Part shown: positions 10,032-19,522 of the stretch, piece by piece
Numbering within the stretch: position 1 is the first letter of the stretch
How the letters are laid out: each line of letters opens with the position of its first letter
Origin: an uncultured Methanomassiliicoccales archaeon
GTDB taxonomy: Archaea; Thermoplasmatota; Thermoplasmata; SG8-5
Direction: 5' to 3'
Length of the DNA stretch: 64,000 nucleotides
Assembly: GCA_938004075.1 (NCBI GenBank)
Contig: CALKWP010000013.1
Coordinates: 11,734 to 75,733 of the forward strand
The notes under the pieces: model-generated
Seen by the model: the letters and a program-made list of their open reading frames with translations, nothing else
Told to the model about the DNA's origin: nothing
The model's database searches: none
Translations under genes and position numbers: made by a program

Positions 10032-10973
10032 ATGAAAACAGCAATTATCGCGGTGGGCGGGAACGCTCTGACCAAGAAGGATGATGACGGCAACATCTAC
10101 CAGCAGTTCAAGAATGCGCGCGAGACATGCGCCAAGCTCATCAAAGTCGTGGAGATGGGCTATGACATCATCATAACGCATGGCAACGGCCCCCAGGTGG
10201 GCGATTCCATCAGGCGGCATGAGAACGCCAGAAAGATCATCCCGCCTTACCCGCTGGGCGTTTGCGTCGCCGAAACCGTCGGCAGCATGGGATACATGCT
10301 CCAGCAGACCATGCAGAACACCGTCAAGAAATCAAAAGTCGTGCGCAAGGACGTCGTGACGATCATCACCCAGGTTGTCGTCGATGAAGACGACCCATCG
10401 TTCAAGAACCCGACAAAACCCATAGGCCAGTTCTTTTCAAAAGAGGACATTGACGAGATCGTCAAGGTCGAGAAATGGAACGTCGTTGAGGATTCCGGCA
10501 GGGGCTGGCGCCGCGTGGTCCCGTCGCCGAAGCCGCTCCGCATCGTGGAGAAGGATACCATCGGGGATTTACTTGCCAAGGGAAAGATCGTCATCGCCTG
10601 CGGGGGCGGCGGCTTGCCTGTTATCCAGCTTGAGGATGGCACGCTGGACGGCGTTGAAGCCGTCATAGACAAGGATTACGCATCGTCGAAACTCGCTCAG
10701 CAGCTGGACCTGGATGAACTGATAATTCTCACAGCGGTGGACAAGGTCTCCATCAATTTCGGAAAGCCGGACCAGGTGGATTTGGACATCCTCACTGTCT
10801 CGGAGGCGAAGAGGCATTTGAAGGACGGTCAATTTCCCCCGGGTTCCATGGGTCCGAAGATACGCGCCGCGATAGAGTTCATCGAGAACGGCGGCCGCAG
10901 GGCCATAATCGCCAGCCATGACAACCTGGTTGAGGCCATGAGGGGCGAAGCCGGAACCCGTATCGTCCGGTAA
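10032..10973 (+). CDS. arcC: Carbamate kinase
   Basis: AVGGNAL, THGNGPQVG, NPTKPIG, RRVVPSP, EAVIDKD, GSMGPK. Confidence 0.95.
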   Translation: MKTAIIAVGGNALTKKDDDGNIYQQFKNARETCAKLIKVVEMGYDIIITHGNGPQVGDSIRRHENARKIIPPYPLGVCVAETVGSMGYMLQQTMQNTVKKSKVVRKDVVTIITQVVVDEDDPSFKNPTKPIGQFFSKEDIDEIVKVEKWNVVEDSGRGWRRVVPSPKPLRIVEKDTIGDLLAKGKIVIACGGGGLPVIQLEDGTLDGVEAVIDKDYASSKLAQQLDLDELIILTAVDKVSINFGKPDQVDLDILTVSEAKRHLKDGQFPPGSMGPKIRAAIEFIENGGRRAIIASHDNLVEAMRGEAGTRIVR

Positions 10974-11011
10974 TCGGCAGGCTTTAATCTTTTCGAGGCC
11001 TGCAGAGTCGC

Positions 11012-11707
11012 ATGATCCGCGGCATCACCGAAGCATCATTCCTGGACTGGGACGGCAAAGTTGTCATGACACTCTATACGCCGAACTGCAACTTCCGCTG
11101 CCCGTTCTGCCATAACTGGGAGCTGATGGACAATCCCGAGAGGTACCCGGAGAAGTCCTGGGAGGACATCAGGGACCACCTGGAGGAGCATTCGGATTTC
11201 CTGGACGGTGTATGCGTCACCGGCGGGGAGCCGCTCCTGGAGCCGGACCTGGAATCCATCCTGACAAATGTCAAGGCAATGGGGAAGCTGGTCAAGCTGG
11301 ATACCAATGGCTCGCTGCCGGAAAAGCTGAAGGAATTGTTGGACAAGAAACTAATAGATTACATCGCCATGGACTTCAAGGCCCCGCTGGACAAGAGATA
11401 CTCCAAAGCCGCCGGGACAACGGTCGATATCAGGAAGATAAAGAAATCAATCAGCATAATCAGGAAATCCGGAATTCATCATGAGTTCCGGACCACTGTC
11501 GTTCCAGGCATTCACGCCAAAGAAGATGTGATCGAGATTGCCAGATACCTTGGCTCAGGAAAGTACGTCCTCCAGCAGTTCGTTCCATATCATGCGATGG
11601 ATGAGAAGCTCCGGGACGAAAAACCATATGATGACCAGGTCATCGCGGAAATGGCGGATGTCTGCTCGGAATTCGTTGACAATATGGTCGTCAGGGGATT
11701 GAGGTAG
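11012..11707 (+). CDS. Radical SAM protein, anaerobic ribonucleotide reductase activase (NrdG-like)
   Basis: CNFRCPFCHN, TGGEP, KLDTNGS, HEFRTTVVP. Confidence 0.85.
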   Translation: MIRGITEASFLDWDGKVVMTLYTPNCNFRCPFCHNWELMDNPERYPEKSWEDIRDHLEEHSDFLDGVCVTGGEPLLEPDLESILTNVKAMGKLVKLDTNGSLPEKLKELLDKKLIDYIAMDFKAPLDKRYSKAAGTTVDIRKIKKSISIIRKSGIHHEFRTTVVPGIHAKEDVIEIARYLGSGKYVLQQFVPYHAMDEKLRDEKPYDDQVIAEMADVCSEFVDNMVVRGLR

Positions 11708-11719
11708 AAAAATGAAAAG

Positions 11720-11746
11720 TTGAACATCCCGGTTTGGGATGTTCAA
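11720..11746. terminator. Perfect 11-bp hairpin between convergent genes
   Basis: TTGAACATCCC-ggttt-GGGATGTTCAA. Confidence 0.55.
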
Positions 11747-12196
11747 TTATTCGTACAGCCAGACTTCGTCTATCCTAGTGTAAGTCTGGATTTCTTCGGG
11801 CTGGAAGAATAAGCCAATCTCCCGCTCGGCGCTCGCAAGGGAATCGCTGGCGTGGATGATGTTCCTGCCTGTGGTCATGCCATAATCGCCTCGGATCGTT
11901 CCGGGGCCAGCGTCCTTGGGATTGGTCTTGCCGACAACGGTTCTCACGACGGATATCGCGTCCCCGCCCTCCCAGACCATTGCCAGCACAGGCCCTGATG
12001 TAATGAAGCTGACAAGTTTTTCATAGAACGGCTTGCCAAGATGCTCGCCGTAGTGCTTGGCTGCTAGTTCCAGGTCTATTGTCATGAGCTTGGCTGCGAC
12101 AAGTTTCAGGCCCTTGGCCTCGAATCTGGATACCACCTGGCCGGCTATTCCGCGCTGGACGCCGTCAGGCTTGACCATGACGAAGGTGCGCTCCAT
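11747..12196 (-). CDS. ndk: Nucleoside diphosphate kinase
   Basis: [32 protein letters not shown]. Confidence 0.97.
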   Translation of the reverse strand: MERTFVMVKPDGVQRGIAGQVVSRFEAKGLKLVAAKLMTIDLELAAKHYGEHLGKPFYEKLVSFITSGPVLAMVWEGGDAISVVRTVVGKTNPKDAGPGTIRGDYGMTTGRNIIHASDSLASAEREIGLFFQPEEIQTYTRIDEVWLYE

Positions 12197-12200
12197 CCGA

Positions 12201-12539
12201 TCACTCTTTCTTCGGGGCTTCCTTCTTCGGCTTGGCTTTGGGCTTCTCGGCAGCTGTTTCCTTCTTGGCGGGAGCCTTCGGTTTTGCCTTTGGCTTCTCT
12301 TCCTTGGGCTGTTCCTCTGGTTCCTCGGCGGCCTTCTCCCTGTGGAGGGTGCTGGCTTTCAGCTCGCTGTATCTGGCGGTCCACCTGGTACGCCTGGAGA
12401 CTCGGCCAAGGCCGATGTTGTTCTTCTTGCACTTGTTGCTGCAGAAATTGAATATTGTTCCGTCTTTCTTGACGTACATCTTGCCTGTGCCCGGCTCGAT
12501 TGCCGTTCCGCAGAATGAGCAGTTCCTTTTCTCAACCAT
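12201..12539 (-). CDS. rpl24e: 50S ribosomal protein L24e with Lys/Glu/Ala/Pro-rich tail
   Basis: [21 protein letters not shown]...FCSNKC. Confidence 0.95.
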   Translation of the reverse strand: MVEKRNCSFCGTAIEPGTGKMYVKKDGTIFNFCSNKCKKNNIGLGRVSRRTRWTARYSELKASTLHREKAAEEPEEQPKEEKPKAKPKAPAKKETAAEKPKAKPKKEAPKKE

Positions 12540-12547
12540 GTTACCAC

Positions 12548-12766
12548 TTACCTCATGCCGAGCTTTCTGGCTTCTCTCTGGGTTTCCCTGAGCATCAGTA
12601 TGTCGCCAAGCTGGATCGGCCCGATGACGTTCCTGGTGATGATGCGGCCCTTGTCGCGGCCGTCAAGTACCCTGACTTTGACTTGCGTTGCTTCGCCAGT
12701 CATGCCGGTCCTCCCGACGACCTCGACCACTTCGGACTGTATACTGTCGTTCATCATTTGAATCAC
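12548..12766 (-). CDS. rps28e: 30S ribosomal protein S28e
   Basis: [32 protein letters not shown]...ETQREAR. Exact start among several ATG/GTG codons is uncertain. Confidence 0.95.
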   Translation of the reverse strand: MIQMMNDSIQSEVVEVVGRTGMTGEATQVKVRVLDGRDKGRIITRNVIGPIQLGDILMLRETQREARKLGMR

Positions 12767-12776
12767 CCTGGCGGAA

Positions 12777-13148
12777 TCACTTCTTCAGCGATGCGACCTT
12801 CCCGGCAAGCTCCTCCATGAGGGGCTTTCCCTTGCCGGCATCCATTATTGCGACCGAGGAAGTGGGCTTCTCAAGACCGCAAGCCACGCCGAGCTCCTGT
12901 TTGCTTGGCACGTAGGCATACGGGATGTTCTTGTCATCGCACAGCAGGGGCATGTGAGCGAGAATCTCTTCCGGCTGCACGTCCTCAGCTATTATGACGA
13001 ACTTGGTCGTCCCCCTTTCCACGAGCTTTGTCACCTCGTTGGTGCCCTTCCTCAGCTTTCCTGTGTCCCTTGAAAGTTCCACAAGCTGGAAGGTCTTGTC
13101 AACGAGTTCCTTGTCCATCTCAAATCTTACATACATTGGTTTTGCCAT
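12777..13148 (-). CDS. rpl7ae: 50S ribosomal protein L7Ae
   Basis: [17 protein letters not shown]...[10 protein letters not shown]. Confidence 0.97.
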   Translation of the reverse strand: MAKPMYVRFEMDKELVDKTFQLVELSRDTGKLRKGTNEVTKLVERGTTKFVIIAEDVQPEEILAHMPLLCDDKNIPYAYVPSKQELGVACGLEKPTSSVAIMDAGKGKPLMEELAGKVASLKK

Positions 13149-13154
13149 TTCAAT

Positions 13155-13192
13155 TCCTCCTTCATCCCATTACAATCGGGGATTCATCAGTC
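13155..13192 (-). promoter_or_regulatory. Kink-turn in the rpl7ae 5' UTR overlapping the Shine-Dalgarno (autoregulatory element)
   Basis: mRNA reads CU-GAU-GA-AUCCC...GGGAU-GA-AG(GAGG): 3-nt bulge, tandem G.A pairs and a 5-bp NC stem abutting the SD. Confidence 0.75.
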
Positions 13193-13271
13193 ATTGGCTC
13201 GAAAGAGCATCCGCACAAAGAGGGGTCGGTATATATTGGTTTCGGAGATATTCACAGGGTAGGGCGCAATA

Positions 13272-14027
13272 TCATTCGCGCAGCTTGAAATCCGCCCATG
13301 TCTGCTCCCCCACCACCTCGAACCCGTTGGATTTGCAGGTGAGCATGCTGGCGGTGTTGGTCTTTATGACGTCGGCAGTTGCCCTGCCGCCCTTGCGGTG
13401 AAGCATGTTCACGAGTGCTTTCGTCACAAGTTGGGCATACCCCTTCCTCCTGTGCTCGGCCAGGGTGTGCGCGAACCCCAGGTTGCCGATGCCGTCGAAA
13501 TAGAAATGAAGGCCGCACCAGGATATGGGCTTCCCATCCAGTCTGAGGCAGGCGCTGTCGAATTTGGCCACGGATTCCCGTATGTGCTCCTCCCTGTCAT
13601 CATCGCCCAGCTCCCAGAACGGGGCGATGTATGAGACCTCGTCGGGCCTTATGGGGCCAATCTCATCCCATGGCCCTTTGCCATATCCATCGGGCGCAAG
13701 AAAAAGCCAGCATGGCCATTCCCCCGCCAAATCGTAATGTTCCTTGAGCAGCTCGATTGCGGCAGGCGGGCTCACGGACACGAAGAAGCCTTTCTTTGGA
13801 AGCAATTTTTCTGGTATTTCCATGCCTGTCCAGTCACCTGCAAAGATCATCTGGTCGCCGGATTCCAATATCGCCATGACGGCGCCAAGGTCCTCTGTGG
13901 CATAGATGCGGAATTTCTCGTTATCATGGAAGACCCGCCAGAGGAATCCGGAATTGACTATCCTGTCCGCTTCCATGGCGGCAATTAGGTCCGATGGGTC
14001 CTTCACCGGGACAAGGTTCCCTGCCAT
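13272..14027 (-). CDS. GNAT-family acetyltransferase
   Basis: C-terminal HTLAEHRRKGYA and NTASM...NGF acetyl-CoA binding motifs. Confidence 0.8.
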   Translation of the reverse strand: MAGNLVPVKDPSDLIAAMEADRIVNSGFLWRVFHDNEKFRIYATEDLGAVMAILESGDQMIFAGDWTGMEIPEKLLPKKGFFVSVSPPAAIELLKEHYDLAGEWPCWLFLAPDGYGKGPWDEIGPIRPDEVSYIAPFWELGDDDREEHIRESVAKFDSACLRLDGKPISWCGLHFYFDGIGNLGFAHTLAEHRRKGYAQLVTKALVNMLHRKGGRATADVIKTNTASMLTCKSNGFEVVGEQTWADFKLRE

Positions 14028-14159
14028 GAATCCGGGTATTGAGAATGGATATATTAACCCACCAGTGCATTTTCGATTGCATTTTTGACTCGGCCAATAC
14101 ATTTATAAGATAGGACATATATTACTGGTTGAAGAGGGAAACGTTGTCGGTGAGAGATA

Positions 14160-14638
14160 TGTATGCGGACCTCGAGAAGATCGAGGCCCGCGGAAAGAGA
14201 AAGAAGGACAAAAGCAAGGGACTTTTCTCATCCTTCGGCAAGAAGGACGAGCCGGAAGCCAATGATTCTGCGAAGGAGAGCGCTGCGCCGATTGCCGCAG
14301 CGCCGGCCGAGCCAGTTCCCGAGCCCCCGAAGCAAGAGCCGATTCCCGAGCCGCAGCCGGTCGTCGCCCCGAAACCGGCCCCCGTCATTGAGCGTCTAAA
14401 ACCGCAGCCAACACCGAAGCCTGCCGCCCCGCCTGTTGAGACCGCGCCAAAAACAGCATCCAACGATTCAGGCTGGACCCCACTAACGGGCAGCAAGCTG
14501 AAGAAAGCCGAGGATGACCTCATGGTTTACAAGAGGTGGCTGAACAGCGGCTTCAAGTCCGGCGTTCTCACCAAGCAGCAGTGCGTTGACATGGTGAAAG
14601 CCAAGGAGATAGAGCTTGGCCTGAAGCCAAAGGCATGA
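14160..14638 (+). CDS. Hypothetical protein with Pro/Ala/Glu-rich linker
   Basis: Host-like codon usage, low-complexity centre, compact C-terminal helical domain. Start uncertain (14129-14160). Confidence 0.6.
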
Positions 14639-15199
14639 TCAAAGAGCGGAAAATTTCTCAATCTTCTTCTTGAGAGACGGATTCTTCTCCATCTCCAGCA
14701 TGATTATGGCCGTCTGAAGTTTCCAGATGGTGTAGAAGTTGAGGCTGTCATCGGGCTTGAGGTCACGGATGCGGCCTGAAACGGTCTTCTCAATCTCGAG
14801 GAACGCGTCCCTGAGGGCGGCTTCGTTTATGTCATCATAGCCAATCTGCCTAAGCAGTCTTGCGACCTTCTCCGTGGATTGCTCCCAGTGCTTCAGCAAG
14901 GCGTCCTTGCCGGGGACTGCGTCCACTCCGGGCGCCAGGAAGAATATCTTGGCTGTGCGGCCGTAGACCTTCTCCGGGATGTGGTGCTCCTTTCTCTCGC
15001 CGGTCTGCTCTATCAGCCCGGCCTTCAGAAGCTTCTCGACATGCCGGTATACCGTCGATTGGTCCTTCTCGAGTATGCTTGTGAGCTGCGCCACGGTGAG
15101 GCGATTGACCCTGAGCAGTTCCAGAATGGCCCTTCTGGTTTCATCGGTAACCAGTTTTATGACAGCGGGGTCGTCTATGACCCGAATCTCGTCAACCAT
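14639..15199 (-). CDS. ArsR-family winged-helix transcriptional regulator
   Basis: DETRRAILELL...LTVAQL...STVYRHVEKLLKAGLI; divergent from the MATE operon. Confidence 0.85.
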   Translation of the reverse strand: MVDEIRVIDDPAVIKLVTDETRRAILELLRVNRLTVAQLTSILEKDQSTVYRHVEKLLKAGLIEQTGERKEHHIPEKVYGRTAKIFFLAPGVDAVPGKDALLKHWEQSTEKVARLLRQIGYDDINEAALRDAFLEIEKTVSGRIRDLKPDDSLNFYTIWKLQTAIIMLEMEKNPSLKKKIEKFSAL

Positions 15200-15291
15200 G
15201 ATTCTCCAAATGCCCGTGTCCATATATATAATTTTGCACACTTGCGCATCCGTGCATATGTTTAAATATCGCATCATATCTATGCACAAAC

Positions 15292-16662
15292 ATGCGAATG
15301 TTCGGGTTCGGCACAAGCAACGGGAACGATTCCAGGCGGCGCGAGATTATCGCATTCACCTGGCCGGTCATCATAACGAACCTGCTGCAGTCGCTGACCA
15401 TGACAGTGGACACGCTCATGCTGGGCAATCTGGGCGGGGAGGTTGGACGGGATGCCATCGCCGGACAGGGCCTCGGCAGCCAGGTTGTTTTTCTAACCCA
15501 CGCATTGATGATGGCGGTGAGCGCCGGAACCATCGCCCTGGTGGCCAGATACACAGGCGCAAAGAAGAAAGCCAGGGCCGAGCGCGTGATGGAGCAGAGC
15601 ATCGTGATCGGCATACTCCTTTCAATCATCCTTACTTTTCTGGGCTGGTTCTTCGGCGGCTACGCCGTCCAGCTGTTCGGCGCAGGCCCCGAGGTCCAGG
15701 GCCTTGCGGAGGTCTATGTTAAATATGTATTCCTGGGCACCATATTCAGCTTCTTCACTTTCATTGTCGGCGCCGCGCTGCGGGGCGCTGGCGACATGAA
15801 GACCCCAATGATCATCGCCCTGATAACGAATATCGTCAACATATTCTTCAATTACGTGCTCATCTTCGGCAACTTTGGATTCCCTGCAATGGGGGTGAAG
15901 GGGGCGGCCATCGCCACAACCATTGGATTCACTGTGGGCGCGGTGGCCTATATCTACCTGATCATGGCCAAGAAGCTTGTGCTTGGCCTGCCTTCCAGAG
16001 GCAAGCGCTTCGCCAGAGGCGTGGTCCGCAGGATCATGAGGATCGGCACTCCGGCGGCAGCCGAGCAGGCGGTTCTCCAGGTGGGATTCTTGGTATACAC
16101 GGCCATAATCGTGTATTACGGCTCGGCAGCGCTGGCAGGCCACCAGATCGGCGCGCGCATTCAGAGCCTGGCATTCATGCCCGGGATGGGCTTCGCTATG
16201 GCGGCGACCGCCCTTGTGGGGCAGAACCTCGGGGCTAGAAAGCCCGACGAAGCGGAGCATAGCGGCTGGGAATCGACCAAGCTAGCCATGTTCGTGATGT
16301 GCGCCATCGGGGCAGTCATGTTCGTCTTTGCAGAACCGCTGGCCACGCTTTTCGTGAATGACCCCGAGACGGTAAAACTCGCTGCCCTCTGGATGCGGCT
16401 CCAGGCCCTTGCCATGCCCGCAATTGGAATGCACTTCACGCTGTCCGGAGCACTGCGTGGCGCCGGGGACACCCGCTGGCCATTGTGGGTATCGGCCCTG
16501 GGCATGTTCGCAGTGCGGCTGCCCATCGCCGTGGCGCTCGGGTTCATGCTGGGAATCGGGGTCCTGGGGGCATGGATTGCCTTCGTTGTGGAGTACAATG
16601 TCAGGGCCGTCATCATCGCCTGGCGTTTCAAGGCCGGGCACTGGAAAACAATAAAGATATGA
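15292..16662 (+). CDS. MATE-family efflux transporter
   Basis: Twin LRGAGD motifs, FPAMGVKGAAIAT, VGQNLGA. Confidence 0.92.
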   Translation: MRMFGFGTSNGNDSRRREIIAFTWPVIITNLLQSLTMTVDTLMLGNLGGEVGRDAIAGQGLGSQVVFLTHALMMAVSAGTIALVARYTGAKKKARAERVMEQSIVIGILLSIILTFLGWFFGGYAVQLFGAGPEVQGLAEVYVKYVFLGTIFSFFTFIVGAALRGAGDMKTPMIIALITNIVNIFFNYVLIFGNFGFPAMGVKGAAIATTIGFTVGAVAYIYLIMAKKLVLGLPSRGKRFARGVVRRIMRIGTPAAAEQAVLQVGFLVYTAIIVYYGSAALAGHQIGARIQSLAFMPGMGFAMAATALVGQNLGARKPDEAEHSGWESTKLAMFVMCAIGAVMFVFAEPLATLFVNDPETVKLAALWMRLQALAMPAIGMHFTLSGALRGAGDTRWPLWVSALGMFAVRLPIAVALGFMLGIGVLGAWIAFVVEYNVRAVIIAWRFKAGHWKTIKI

Positions 16663-16688
16663 TTGCCTATTCCAGACGGAGGTCGAAC

Positions 16689-17036
16689 ATGACCGGCATA
16701 GAGAATTTTCAGAAGAACAGGGAAGCGCTGGCCGCGCTGATGGCTGAGAAAGCCGACATGAGCATGAAACGGTTCCTCAACCTTGACACGAAGGTCTACG
16801 AGGACGGCGCCCTGCCCGCGAAGCAGAAGGAGATGCTGGGGCTTGTTGCCTCGCTGGTCCTGAGATGCGATGATTGCATCAACTACCACCTTGTGCAATG
16901 CCGCAAGATGGACGTTACCGAGCCGGAGATCATCGAGGTCATGGACGTTGGCCTTATCGTCGGCGGCTCAATCACCATACCGCACATCCGCAGGGCTTTG
17001 AAGTCCTGGGCGGAACTGCAGGAGGGAGGGCAATGA
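16689..17036 (+). CDS. Carboxymuconolactone decarboxylase/AhpD-family protein
   Basis: DGALPAKQKEMLGLVASLVLRCDDCINYH (CxxC). Confidence 0.85.
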   Translation: MTGIENFQKNREALAALMAEKADMSMKRFLNLDTKVYEDGALPAKQKEMLGLVASLVLRCDDCINYHLVQCRKMDVTEPEIIEVMDVGLIVGGSITIPHIRRALKSWAELQEGGQ

Positions 17037-17512
17037 TGGACAGAACAGAGAAAAAAGAGTTGTTTGCAATGCTCATGGACCGAGTGAGTGAGATAATGGC
17101 CGGGCCCGGGGATACGGCTGAGAAGATGGCGCAGGTCTGCCGGCTTCTGAAGTGCGAGGTGTATTACTATGACTGGGTCGGGTTCTACCTGGTCAACCCG
17201 GAGAAGGAGAGAGAACTTGTCCTGGGGCCGTTCGTGGGCGAGTCCACCGACCATGTGAACATTCATTTCGGCGAGGGCATCTGCGGCCAGAGCGCGGAGA
17301 CCAAGAAGATTTTCGTGGTCCAGAACGTATGCGAGGTTACGAACTACCTCTCATGCAGCCCGAAAGTCCAATCCGAGATAGTGGTTCCCATTCTCAGGGG
17401 CGGCGATTTCATCGGTGAAATTGATATTGATTCCCATGTGCTGGAGCCATTCTCGGCCGAGGACGAGGAATTCCTTGTCGATATTGCGGAATTGTTCGCC
17501 GGGATTATGTGA
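17033..17512 (+). CDS. GAF-domain free methionine-R-sulfoxide reductase-like protein, copy 1
   Basis: DWVGFY, LGPFVG, GEGICG, NYLSC, SEIVVP, DIDSH. Confidence 0.85.
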   Translation: MMDRTEKKELFAMLMDRVSEIMAGPGDTAEKMAQVCRLLKCEVYYYDWVGFYLVNPEKERELVLGPFVGESTDHVNIHFGEGICGQSAETKKIFVVQNVCEVTNYLSCSPKVQSEIVVPILRGGDFIGEIDIDSHVLEPFSAEDEEFLVDIAELFAGIM

Positions 17513-17560
17513 GGTGATGGGAATGTTTCAAACCAAGCAAAAATATTTGAATCCGGGGGA

Positions 17561-18025
17561 ATGAATATGCACCCCGAAAAGATGGGGATACTGAGCCTGG
17601 CCAGGCTGCTGATGGGGACTGAGGGCAGCCGCGATGACGCGCTCGGGGCCATATGCCACCTCCTCAACCAGAGCGTGGAACATTATGATTGGGTCGGCAT
17701 CTATCTGGCAGATCCGAAAAGAAAGGTTCTCCACTTGGGCCCTTTCGCTGGCGCTGAGACCGAGCATACCACAATCCCTTATGGAAAAGGAATTTGCGGC
17801 CAGGTGGCTGAATCGCATGAAACTTTCCTGGTGCCGGACGTGAGAGCCCAGAAAAACTACATCGCTTGCAGCATGAAAGTTAAATCCGAAATAGTAGTGC
17901 CCATCATGAAGCAGGGGAAATTCGTGGGCCAGCTGGACATTGACTCGCATACGGCGGACGCATTTGATGATGATGACAGGGAGTTCCTGGAAATGCTCTG
18001 CAGGGAACTGGCCATACTATTCTAG
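17561..18025 (+). CDS. GAF-domain free methionine-R-sulfoxide reductase-like protein, copy 2
   Basis: DWVGIY, LGPFAG, GKGICG, NYIAC, SEIVVP, DIDSH. Confidence 0.85.
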   Translation: MNMHPEKMGILSLARLLMGTEGSRDDALGAICHLLNQSVEHYDWVGIYLADPKRKVLHLGPFAGAETEHTTIPYGKGICGQVAESHETFLVPDVRAQKNYIACSMKVKSEIVVPIMKQGKFVGQLDIDSHTADAFDDDDREFLEMLCRELAILF

Positions 18026-19470
18026 TGATGGTGATGCTCCTGATGCGCTTCCCCGCGCTCGTGCATCTGCAGGTGCTCGTACTGGGCAACTGGCATCAAC
18101 CGCTGGCAGGCCCTGTCCACGACCTCCGGGAGAGCAGGATGGATGTGTATCGCGTCATTGAGCGGGAGTATGCTCCCGGTCTTGGTGTACATCAGGTTGA
18201 TGATTTCCTGGATGAGGATTGATGCCTCCGGGCCGACAATGTGTGCGCCAAGAATTTTCCGGGTCTTCGCTTCCACGATGACCTTGACGAACCCTTCGGC
18301 ATCCATGGCCATGCCCTTTGCGGTGTCCTGGTACTTGTGGAATCCGATGAGTATGTCCGCCTCTCCCAGCGCCTTCACTGCCTGGGCCTGGGTCATGCCG
18401 ACGCCCGCGACTTCCGGGTAAGTGAAAACGGCATGCGGGACTGCATGATAATCCGCATCCATCGGTCGCTTCAGGATTGCGTTGTAATAGACAATCATGG
18501 ACTCATAATTGGCAACATGCTTGAACAGGTGCTTTCCGGTAGCATCGCCGAACGCGTATATTCCCGGCTGGGATGTCTCCATCCTGCCGTTGACTTTGAT
18601 CCAGCCTTTCTCATCAGTTTCGATCCCCGCTTTTTCGGGGTGCAGGATGTCGGTGTTGGGGGCGCGGCCCGTGGCCACCAGGACTTCATCGGCCTGAATT
18701 GAGACGGTCTTGCCGGACTTCCTGTCCTTCGCAATGAGCGTCTTCTTGCCCAGCATGGTCTGCTGGGCTTCTATTATCTCGTGGTTGGTGAGTATCTTCA
18801 TGTGTTTGGACATGGCTTTCAGGACGAAAGACGATACCTCCGGTTCCTCGTTCGGAAGGAATTGCGGGTTTCTGCCGATGATGGTGACCCTGGAGCCCAT
18901 TGCCGAGAAGAAGTGCCCATACTCCGCGGCAACGTAACCGCCGCCCATTATGGCGAGCGATTCAGGAAGTTTGTTAATCTCCAGAATGGTGTCGCTGATG
19001 TGGTACTTGATTTTCTCCAGGCCTGGGACCTTTGGGATGGCCACCTCGGAGCCGAGGCACAGGAAAATCATCTTGGAAGTAATCTCCTCCTTGCCCACTT
19101 TCAGGGTGTAGGGGCCGGTGAATTCCGCTGCAAAGGGATAATAATCGATGCCGGGAGAGTGGCTCAGTCCGTCACGGATTCCCTCTATCTGCGGTTTGAT
19201 GTACTCCCTCATTCTGCCCATTACCTTCTGGAAATCTATCTTCTTTATTGGCGCGTCAATGCCGAACTTCTCGGCATGCTGGATGAGCCGCACAAGTTCC
19301 GCAGGATAAACCAGCATCTTGGTCGGGATGCAGCCCCTGGTGAGGCAAATTCCGCCGGGGTCGTCCTTGTCTATGACTGCGGCCCTCAGTTTGGGATTCT
19401 TGTTCTGCATTGCCGGGATAAGGTTCATACTGGAACCGCTGCCTATCGCTATAACATCATACTGTTTCAT
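18022..19470 (-). CDS. Dihydrolipoamide dehydrogenase-family flavoprotein disulfide reductase, His-rich tail
   Basis: GGICLTRGCIPTK redox disulfide, GGGYVAAE, HPALPE. Confidence 0.88.
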   Translation of the reverse strand: MKQYDVIAIGSGSSMNLIPAMQNKNPKLRAAVIDKDDPGGICLTRGCIPTKMLVYPAELVRLIQHAEKFGIDAPIKKIDFQKVMGRMREYIKPQIEGIRDGLSHSPGIDYYPFAAEFTGPYTLKVGKEEITSKMIFLCLGSEVAIPKVPGLEKIKYHISDTILEINKLPESLAIMGGGYVAAEYGHFFSAMGSRVTIIGRNPQFLPNEEPEVSSFVLKAMSKHMKILTNHEIIEAQQTMLGKKTLIAKDRKSGKTVSIQADEVLVATGRAPNTDILHPEKAGIETDEKGWIKVNGRMETSQPGIYAFGDATGKHLFKHVANYESMIVYYNAILKRPMDADYHAVPHAVFTYPEVAGVGMTQAQAVKALGEADILIGFHKYQDTAKGMAMDAEGFVKVIVEAKTRKILGAHIVGPEASILIQEIINLMYTKTGSILPLNDAIHIHPALPEVVDRACQRLMPVAQYEHLQMHERGEAHQEHHHH

Positions 19471-19522
19471 GCTTCCACCGCATGAGGAAGCGGCGTTCCG
19501 GTTAAAATGGTTGTGCCGATTT

